From IMG/VR virus record IMGVR_UViG_3300031088_000782, positions 224,001 through 288,000 of that record: a stretch of 64,000 nt of DNA, one strand, 5' to 3'. This DNA comes from a virus. Lineage: Duplodnaviria; Caudoviricetes. Below, in pieces: positions 57,586-64,000 of this stretch (positions are counted from its first letter, which is position 1; each line of letters opens with the position of its first letter). The translations under genes were made by a program, and so were the position numbers. The notes under the pieces were generated by a model. It made no database searches, was not told the origin of the DNA, and saw only the letters and a list, made by a program, of their open reading frames with translations.

Positions 57586-58608
57586 GTGTCATCTTCTGTT
57601 CGTTATCATATTAATCCTGAAACTGGCAATGCAAACTTGTGTCGTGCTGATTTTGGTAACTGCCCTTATGAGAAAAACAATTTTGAAGAACATTACGCAA
57701 CAAAACAAGATGCACAGAAAGCTTATGAAAAGAGAATGGAAAACCCGATTAGTGAGAATAGCCGATTAATGAAAATTCGCGGAAAAGTTCACCAAACTAT
57801 CATGAATAGATTAATGGATCATTCTGAATCTACTGCGTTTTTGTCAAAAGATAAAGAACATATTTCATCAGTTTATTTACGTAATAGAATAGATGATTTT
57901 TTGAGTTCATATTCTCCCAATGGTGTTGATGATTCGGGAAGATTGGACACTACTCCATTAACAATAAGGGCACCGAAAATTTCTTATACCGATGAAGTGA
58001 TAGTTGGATTTGAGGGAGTGTATGAAGATATACGCAAAGACTATCCTGAATTATTAAATGACATGAACACTGCTGGCGAAAAATGGATAGACAATTGCTC
58101 ATCAGATGAAGCATGGGCGGTTTACAAATATTCTTGCGATTCTACCGAATATGCTGAAACGTATTCGCAAAATGATAATGTTTTTGCTGAAAATTTGAAC
58201 AATGCTTTGACTAAGGCTCCCAAGTTTTCTGAACCTTTGACAGTGTTTTCTGGTTTATCGTACCAGGCAAGAGATTTGGTCATGGATCAGAACCCTACTG
58301 TTGGTTCGGTTATCAATATAGATAGAGTGCTTTCAACATCTGTGAATCCTGCACAAGCGAACGGTTTTATGCGCGGGGATTTTCTTTCTAATGGAGAAAT
58401 TGTTGATGGTAAAAAAGTTGCTTTGAAGATTATTGCTGATAGGGGAGGCGTAATGAGTTCTGTCAGTCGCCATCAGGATGAGCTTGAAGTTTTACTGCCA
58501 AAATCGGATTATGAAGTTGTTGAGATAGAGCAGAATAAAGAATTAATGTGGGGCGAAGGAAAAAGAGGGATGGTTGCTGACGTTATTCTCACTTTGCGCA
58601 TGAAATGA
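57586..58608 (+). CDS. HIN-C-C-H leader protein C: ADP-ribosyltransferase-like (atypical motif 1)
   Basis: Leader RYHINPETGNANLCRADFGNCPY..HY; LTVFSG (Arg to Ser), LSTSV, DELEVLL. Confidence 0.75.
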   Translation: MSSSVRYHINPETGNANLCRADFGNCPYEKNNFEEHYATKQDAQKAYEKRMENPISENSRLMKIRGKVHQTIMNRLMDHSESTAFLSKDKEHISSVYLRNRIDDFLSSYSPNGVDDSGRLDTTPLTIRAPKISYTDEVIVGFEGVYEDIRKDYPELLNDMNTAGEKWIDNCSSDEAWAVYKYSCDSTEYAETYSQNDNVFAENLNNALTKAPKFSEPLTVFSGLSYQARDLVMDQNPTVGSVINIDRVLSTSVNPAQANGFMRGDFLSNGEIVDGKKVALKIIADRGGVMSSVSRHQDELEVLLPKSDYEVVEIEQNKELMWGEGKRGMVADVILTLRMK

Positions 58609-58691
58609 ACTATCCATTGGCTAACTAATCAAACGATCTTGTTAGCGAAACGTTGTCAATCACAATGAAATTAGAGCATCATTTTTTTCTA

Positions 58692-58720
58692 TTGACAAAA
58701 TACTTATTTTCTTATACAAT
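58692..58720 (+). promoter_or_regulatory. sigma70/SigA-type promoter
   Basis: TTGACA-17-TACAAT. Confidence 0.75.
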
Positions 58721-58762
58721 TGAAGCATTATATAAGAAAGATTAAACAAAAAAGGTTATATT

Positions 58763-59056
58763 ATGGCTGAAGTTTTTCGTGTTCCCGTTCGAGTGAAGCT
58801 TCTTGATGAAAATTATGTTCGAGTTTTTGTTGATGCATATAGCCCTGATACGCCTGTTGATCTCCACATTGATTCTGCTCCTGATTTTGTTGTTTCAGCA
58901 CTTCGTGAATCTTCTGCTGATTTCATTGTTGCTACCGCAAGCGTTTCTCTTGATGCTCCTGACATTAGCGGAATGTCTATTGTCTTTGATAAAGTTGTTC
59001 CTGTTCCAGCAGATGCGGAATTCTTTTCAAACATTTCAGAAGATCTTGATTGGTGA
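58763..59056 (+). CDS. Hypothetical protein
   Basis: AAGG RBS behind a consensus promoter. Confidence 0.65.
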   Translation: MAEVFRVPVRVKLLDENYVRVFVDAYSPDTPVDLHIDSAPDFVVSALRESSADFIVATASVSLDAPDISGMSIVFDKVVPVPADAEFFSNISEDLDW

Positions 59057-59103
59057 GTCTCTTCCGAAAACTCGAACATAATAATTTTTGGAAGTGTTTC
59101 TAT

Positions 59104-59132
59104 TTGACAAATTTTACTTAATGTTATACAAT
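59104..59132 (+). promoter_or_regulatory. sigma70/SigA-type promoter
   Basis: TTGACA-17-TACAAT. Confidence 0.75.
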
Positions 59133-59180
59133 AGATTCATCAAATGATTATGAAATAATTGAGAAAGGGTAGTAACGAGT

Positions 59181-60311
59181 ATGGCTATTACAGTGAACAA
59201 GATTCAGAGTTACATGAAGAACGATTTCAATGTTCTCATTTCCGGTGAGGCTGGAACGGGTAAGACTCACATGATTCTCGGTGCCGCTAAGAATCTGGGG
59301 CTGACCGTCAAATACTACTCTGCCTCTACTCTTGACCCTTATGCTGACCTGGTGGGTATTCCGGTTCCGCAGAATGATTCGAAGAACATTGAGTTCTATC
59401 GTCCGCGTGACATTGATGAAGCTGAGGTTATTGTCTTTGACGAGTTGAACCGTGCTGATTCAAAAACTTTAAACACGGTTTTTGAGCTTGTTCAGTTCCG
59501 TAGTATCAATGGTGAAAGGTTGCCGAAGCTTCGTTGCGTCATGGCGGCTATTAACCCGAATGACGGAAACTACACTGTTGATGAACTTGACATGGCGCTT
59601 GTGGATAGGTTTGACGCTTATCTGCAGTCCGAGCCGTCTATTGATATGCCTTATTTCAAGAGCGTGTTCGGTGCTGATGTTGCGAAGGCTGTTTCAACAT
59701 TCTGGAACGATTACGAGAGGAACCGCAAGAATTCTTCACGTAATTCAAAGAACACTATGGCTTACATTTCGCCACGTCGTATGGAAAAGATTGTTTCAAC
59801 ATTCTTGAAGCTTCCATCGCAAACAACTATTGCTGAGACACTTCCTCCTGATGTGAATATTTCGCCAAGGGAACTTTACAATGTGCTGAATGGTGCTGTG
59901 AATGGGGCTTCCAAGAAAACAGCTAGCAAGGGTAAGGCTGCTAAGGGCACGACAGCGAAGAAAAAGGTTTCTAAGAATCCTTCTGCTGTTCAAGCAATCA
60001 TGGACTATGGGGCAAAGGTTCGTCACGCTCCTAAGCGTAAGGCTTTGATGAATGTTCTGGTTCATGACAAGACTATTTCTGATGCTGACAAGCAGACTCT
60101 TGTGTCGTTCGCGGTTTCTCACCTTATTTCTGGTGTCGGGGTGGATAGCCTTATCAATGAATGGTCACCTGTTTTGGAGCGTATGAACGCTAATGATACA
60201 AAAGTCTTGACTCAGACTTGGGCACGTCAGAAGAAAATTGACTTTGACTACAAGATTCGATTGAGTTCGTTGAGCAATTGGGCTGACATTTCAAAAGCAA
60301 TTGTTTTCTGA
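59181..60311 (+). CDS. MoxR/AAA_5-like AAA+ ATPase
   Basis: GEAGTGKT, DLVGIP, VFDELNRA, AAINP..Y..LD.ALVDRF, ISPRR. Confidence 0.85.
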   Translation: MAITVNKIQSYMKNDFNVLISGEAGTGKTHMILGAAKNLGLTVKYYSASTLDPYADLVGIPVPQNDSKNIEFYRPRDIDEAEVIVFDELNRADSKTLNTVFELVQFRSINGERLPKLRCVMAAINPNDGNYTVDELDMALVDRFDAYLQSEPSIDMPYFKSVFGADVAKAVSTFWNDYERNRKNSSRNSKNTMAYISPRRMEKIVSTFLKLPSQTTIAETLPPDVNISPRELYNVLNGAVNGASKKTASKGKAAKGTTAKKKVSKNPSAVQAIMDYGAKVRHAPKRKALMNVLVHDKTISDADKQTLVSFAVSHLISGVGVDSLINEWSPVLERMNANDTKVLTQTWARQKKIDFDYKIRLSSLSNWADISKAIVF

Positions 60312-60325
60312 CAGTTAGCCAATCA

Positions 60326-60378
60326 TTGACAAATCCCTGATGCCATGCTATTATTGTGAGTAGTGGCATCAGGGATTT
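60326..60378 (+). promoter_or_regulatory. Promoter overlapping a hairpin
   Basis: TTGACA-17-TATTAT; 15-bp stem 60331-60345/60364-60378 puts the -10 in the loop. Confidence 0.55.
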
Positions 60379-60450
60379 TCTGTTGTTGCGAAATTTTTGA
60401 CAAAGATAAAATCAAAGTAATACAAGAATAAACTTGGGAAAGAGAGGGTA

Positions 60451-61911
60451 GTGAGAATGACTTTCAAGCAGGATTACATGCGCGGTTTGGATGCTATCTA
60501 TGAGTATGCTCCGTATTTTTACCGTATTATGCGTTTCATCGGTATTCCGCAGGAGAACTATGACATTCCTACCGCTCAGGTGTCTTACAATCCGCACGAT
60601 AAGACGATTCTGTTTGAGGTTAACCCCGAACTGATTGAGGGTATGTCTGATGAGGAAGTAGGGTTCGTTGTTTCGCACGAAGCTTACCATGTTCTTTTGA
60701 GTCATTTGAAAGAGGTTCAGCAACGTGATGAGTATCCTGACTCTGAATCTCTGTTGCTGGCTCATGAGGCGATTATCAACGATACTGTGGGTAATGTTCT
60801 CGGACTTGACGCTCCTGATATGGATTTGGTTTTCGGTGATAGGTTCGGTGCTGATTTTTCGGGGTTCTCTACTCGTGAAGCCTATGACTGGATTCGAGAC
60901 AATGAGGATGAGAATAGCTCTAATGATGCACAGTCTGAAGATAGCGATTCTGGCTCTGATTCGAATGATGATTCTGATTCAGAGAGCAATGGTGATGAAC
61001 AGAGCGGACAGTCAAGTGGATCTCAGAACAAGAGTGGTAACGCTTCTCACGGTTGTGGTGGTGTTTTTGTGCCGGAAGGCTTTGAGGATGAATTCATTGA
61101 TGTTCTTTCGGATGTTCTGAAAGATGCTATGGATGAAATTTCTCAAAAGGGAGATTCTGTTCCAACTGATTTTGTCAATGTTTTGAATGACATTGAGCAA
61201 GATTCGGGAAATGATATCACTGGTGGTTACAGTATCGGCAACAACACTGGTTCAATGTTCGCTGGAAAAATGGATGACATGAATTTGGATTGGAAGATGC
61301 TTATTGCTGAGTTCAATCCGAAGATTCTGACTTCTGGCGGCTCAAAGTTCCGCGACAGTTGGACATCTCCTAATCGACGTATGATTAGTGTGTATCCGAA
61401 GGTTGTCATGCCTAATCGTGTCCGTAAAGACAATTCGGGTGATAATGGTGACGATGTTCCTACATTCATTCTTGCTTTGGATATGAGTTATTCGATTCCT
61501 GAAAGACTTATTGCAGGTTTGGCTAATCTTGCGGACACTGTTCCTGACAAGTTTGTGAGGGTTATGCCTGTCACTTGGGCTGATGATGTTTTGGAGTTCG
61601 ATACTAAGCAGAAGAAGATTGTATATCGTGGCGGAACTAACATTGACGCTGTGTGGGATTATTCTCAAAAGGTGAAGAAAGAAATTGGCAAAGAGCCTTA
61701 TGTTTTTGTTATTACTGATGGACAGTGTTCTTTTAACAATCGTTATTCTTATTCATATGGTTCTAAGGGTGGCCCTGTCAATGATTCTGTTGTTCGAAAG
61801 AATTGGTATTGGGGTGCAATTCAGCATCGAGATGTCAATTCTATCAAAGTCAACATGCGCAATCAGGTTGACCCTGAAAAGGTTTATCTTGTTGATGATT
61901 TCTTGGCTTGA
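60451..61911 (+). CDS. DUF2201-type HEXXH metallopeptidase plus vWA-like protein
   Basis: SHEAYH; acidic linker; MIDAS-like DMSYS, GGT, VITDG; partner of the AAA ATPase. Confidence 0.85.
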   Translation: MRMTFKQDYMRGLDAIYEYAPYFYRIMRFIGIPQENYDIPTAQVSYNPHDKTILFEVNPELIEGMSDEEVGFVVSHEAYHVLLSHLKEVQQRDEYPDSESLLLAHEAIINDTVGNVLGLDAPDMDLVFGDRFGADFSGFSTREAYDWIRDNEDENSSNDAQSEDSDSGSDSNDDSDSESNGDEQSGQSSGSQNKSGNASHGCGGVFVPEGFEDEFIDVLSDVLKDAMDEISQKGDSVPTDFVNVLNDIEQDSGNDITGGYSIGNNTGSMFAGKMDDMNLDWKMLIAEFNPKILTSGGSKFRDSWTSPNRRMISVYPKVVMPNRVRKDNSGDNGDDVPTFILALDMSYSIPERLIAGLANLADTVPDKFVRVMPVTWADDVLEFDTKQKKIVYRGGTNIDAVWDYSQKVKKEIGKEPYVFVITDGQCSFNNRYSYSYGSKGGPVNDSVVRKNWYWGAIQHRDVNSIKVNMRNQVDPEKVYLVDDFLA

Positions 61912-61951
61912 TAGTTGAGATAGACGTTTGTTGAATTGTTTGATTGGGGGC

Positions 61952-61999
61952 AAAGTGCCAAACCTGAATTTTTCTCATGTTTTTCAGGTTTGGCACTTT
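61952..61999 (+). terminator. Hairpin terminator
   Basis: AAAGTGCCAAACCTGAA / TTCAGGTTTGGCACTTT. Confidence 0.7.
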
Positions 62000-62002
62000 T
62001 CG

Positions 62003-62031
62003 TTGACAAGACATCAATTTTCATATATAAT
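62003..62031 (+). promoter_or_regulatory. sigma70/SigA-type promoter
   Basis: TTGACA-17-TATAAT (perfect). Confidence 0.8.
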
Positions 62032-62066
62032 TGTTGTATATTGAGTAATATTATGGAGGCAGAAGT

Positions 62067-63026
62067 ATGTTAATGTTGAGTATTTTCTGGACAATAGGGT
62101 TATCTGGAGTGGGCGTTTTCTCTTTCTGGGTTAATAAATCCTTGCGTGCTTCTCGTCCTTACAATCCTATGGCTTTGACTACAAGAGAAAAGTTTTCTTA
62201 TATGATTAAAGATGTTGTTGAATATTTCAGAAGAGGTTTTGGGTTGTCAGAAACTCTACCTTTGACCCACAAAAGGTATAATCTCGCACTGAGTCATTTA
62301 GAAGATAACAATGCTGATTTTGTTGTTATTAATCGGAACTATCTCTATTGTGATAAATACCGTATTGCTTTGAAAATTCTTAATGAAACAGACTATTGTG
62401 ATTCTCTTGTTCAAAAATTTCCTAAAATTCAGAAAAGCGAGTTAGGCACTGTTCTCAAAGATAAGATTGACACTTTTCATGAATCTCAATTGACTCAACC
62501 TGAATACTCTGATGCATATATTAAAACAGCAGACGATTATGATTATTCATTTTTTGATGAAGTAGAACTTTTGGAAAAACTTGATGAAATAATGGAAGAA
62601 GAAAGCGATTCACAAGAGTTAGAACAGAATTCTCTTGATAGTTCGCAAGAAAAAGATTTGTCTCTTCTGTCTGAATATGATAAACTCTATTATCACACAG
62701 AGAAGATTTACAAATCGTTTGATGGTTTTGAGCCTATTATAGTTCCTGTTGATGAAAACTGGAGAGACTTTAAAAAACATGAAGATACGCTCAAAAGCAT
62801 TTCTCAGCAAAAGGAAGACTATCTGAAAGAATTGTCAAATAGGGAATTGGCTGATGCTGAGCTGATTGACATGTTTGACAAAAGATTGAGCGAAGTGAAG
62901 ATGGATAGGCTGAGGAGTCTGTATGATTTCTTTGCTTTTGCTCAAAACACGCCTCATGAGAATTCTGTTGTTCATAAAGATAATGAAATCACTTTGAAGG
63001 CTATGAATAAGCTGATGAGAACTTGA
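62067..63026 (+). CDS. Membrane-anchored acidic hypothetical protein
   Basis: GGAGG RBS; N-terminal TM. Confidence 0.65.
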   Translation: MLMLSIFWTIGLSGVGVFSFWVNKSLRASRPYNPMALTTREKFSYMIKDVVEYFRRGFGLSETLPLTHKRYNLALSHLEDNNADFVVINRNYLYCDKYRIALKILNETDYCDSLVQKFPKIQKSELGTVLKDKIDTFHESQLTQPEYSDAYIKTADDYDYSFFDEVELLEKLDEIMEEESDSQELEQNSLDSSQEKDLSLLSEYDKLYYHTEKIYKSFDGFEPIIVPVDENWRDFKKHEDTLKSISQQKEDYLKELSNRELADAELIDMFDKRLSEVKMDRLRSLYDFFAFAQNTPHENSVVHKDNEITLKAMNKLMRT

Positions 63027-63067
63027 TTATTAAGGATATTTGTTGAATTATCGCAAAGGATTATAAA

Positions 63068-63355
63068 ATGTTTGATGAAGATTATTTGAAACTGGTTAAA
63101 CGATTGAAGATAACTGACGTTCTTAGAGCTGGCGTTAAGAGGTCGGATTATCATTTTCAGAAATTTGCTGAATCTCAAAACAAGGATTGGGATGATGTTA
63201 CTATTGACGAATTTCTTGAATGTTCAATGGGCTATGCATTGCCTGGCTCAACTGTCCCTGATGATTTGTGGGAAATTCAACAGAATGGACCGATGACAAT
63301 TGTTACAGAAGGAACGAATGAACCTATTCCACCTTATGACCGTTCTGATCTTTAA
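63068..63355 (+). CDS. Hypothetical protein
   Basis: AAGGA RBS. Confidence 0.6.
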   Translation: MFDEDYLKLVKRLKITDVLRAGVKRSDYHFQKFAESQNKDWDDVTIDEFLECSMGYALPGSTVPDDLWEIQQNGPMTIVTEGTNEPIPPYDRSDL

Positions 63356-63392
63356 CAAAATTGCTCCAATGAAAGTATATTAAGGATTCGCT

Positions 63393-63704
63393 ATGGATAA
63401 CGAAAACAGAAAAATTGCTATTGTCCCTCGTTTGGCTTCTTCACGAATTTCAGCAAGGAATCTTCTTGAAGAGGTTGATTCTGATGAGGCAATTGTTGTT
63501 GTTGATTTTAGTGAGAACGAAGCTTGTTCAATCAGTTTCATTCAGGAACTTGTGAGAATCCATCTTATTCTTAACCGTAATGCGGAATCTGTTCTTGTGT
63601 TTCGCAATGTTCGTCAATCAACTGTTGAAAAAGTTGATTATGTATTCAATTCTTTTCCTAATGTTCGTAAGCGGATTGTTGCGGAAAATATTCGTGAAGG
63701 TTGA
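63393..63704 (+). CDS. STAS-like (DUF4325-like) protein
   Basis: SRISARNL..VVVDFS..CSISFIQELV. Confidence 0.6.
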   Translation: MDNENRKIAIVPRLASSRISARNLLEEVDSDEAIVVVDFSENEACSISFIQELVRIHLILNRNAESVLVFRNVRQSTVEKVDYVFNSFPNVRKRIVAENIREG

Positions 63705-63741
63705 GACAGTGGGTTGTTTGCATTAGTTTTTCTTTAATAGG

Positions 63742-63770
63742 TTGACTCATTTGTTTTATAGAGTTAGAGT
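63742..63770 (+). promoter_or_regulatory. sigma70/SigA-type promoter
   Basis: TTGACT-17-TAGAGT. Confidence 0.55.
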
Positions 63771-63816
63771 ATGATTATAAGAATATTTCAGAAACAACAA
63801 AGAAGGATTGATTGAA

Positions 63817-64000
63817 ATGATGAACATTAAACCAGTTGAGCACAAGATGGTTGAAGTTAAGGCTACTGAGCTTGAAGCTGGGTATCCTACTGAATGCGGT
63901 TTTGTTGTCGAAGTGGTTTATGTCAGCGATGGTGAGGTTGTTGTCAATATGGTTGAAGATTTTGATGGAACTTATGATGCAACAGATGACGAAACTTTTG
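63817..64000 (+). CDS. Hypothetical protein, truncated by the window end
   Basis: AAGGA RBS; MMNIKPVEHKMVEVK.. open to the edge. Confidence 0.55.
   Translation, partial: MMNIKPVEHKMVEVKATELEAGYPTECGFVVEVVYVSDGEVVVNMVEDFDGTYDATDDETF

Noticed and set aside
1-64000. Jumbo-phage or prophage identity
   Set aside because: No capsid, portal, terminase, tail or lysis genes were recognised, and pilus, VirB4 and relaxase-type genes dominate. Not fully excluded for the rest of the replicon.
1-64000. tRNA or rRNA genes
   Set aside because: No cloverleaf with a T-loop consensus and no rRNA-like sequence seen; GGTTCGAA at about 39025 lacks the flanking stems.
35800-64000. Frpo-type ssDNA promoters
   Set aside because: I found no hairpin pairing the -35 and -10 boxes with complementary copies; a folding computation would be needed to exclude long-range versions.

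Overview
AT-rich (about one-third GC by eye) segment of what looks like a very large conjugative mobile element, most likely a megaplasmid. No capsid, terminase, rRNA, tRNA or CRISPR was recognised. The host is unknown; several small-protein families hint weakly at Actinobacteria. There are three zones. (1) 1-33.7 kb is a core block: a signal-peptide RHS toxin with a GIY-YIG/URI-type tip plus a coupled immunity gene, radA, and a Tad/Flp pilus locus (pilin-like, tadC, cpaF carrying a class-3-type LAGLIDADG intein in its Walker A, tadB, cpaB, cpaE). The Tad genes are interleaved with tcpE-like and short virB4-like genes. The block also holds two zinc-ribbon endonucleases, an ADP-ribosyltransferase, a nucleotidyltransferase, pilT and a Replic_Relax protein. 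Eight core genes share an upstream YTGATATT box. (2) 33.8-35.1 kb is non-coding, with a sharp GC-skew switch, GC-rich hairpins and two families of short repeats (putative origin and/or oriT). (3) 35.2-64 kb holds about 50 mostly small genes with about 20 near-consensus TTGACA/TATAAT promoters, long hairpin terminators and several frameshifted genes, resembling a leading or host-takeover region. The strongest candidate for an undescribed system is three unlinked genes (9764, 26316, 57586) sharing an N-terminal [KR][YF]HIN-x-C-x-A-x-C-x-[FY]-x-H[YF] leader fused to different cargoes, two of them ADP-ribosyltransferases. All family assignments come from motif reading, not database searches.
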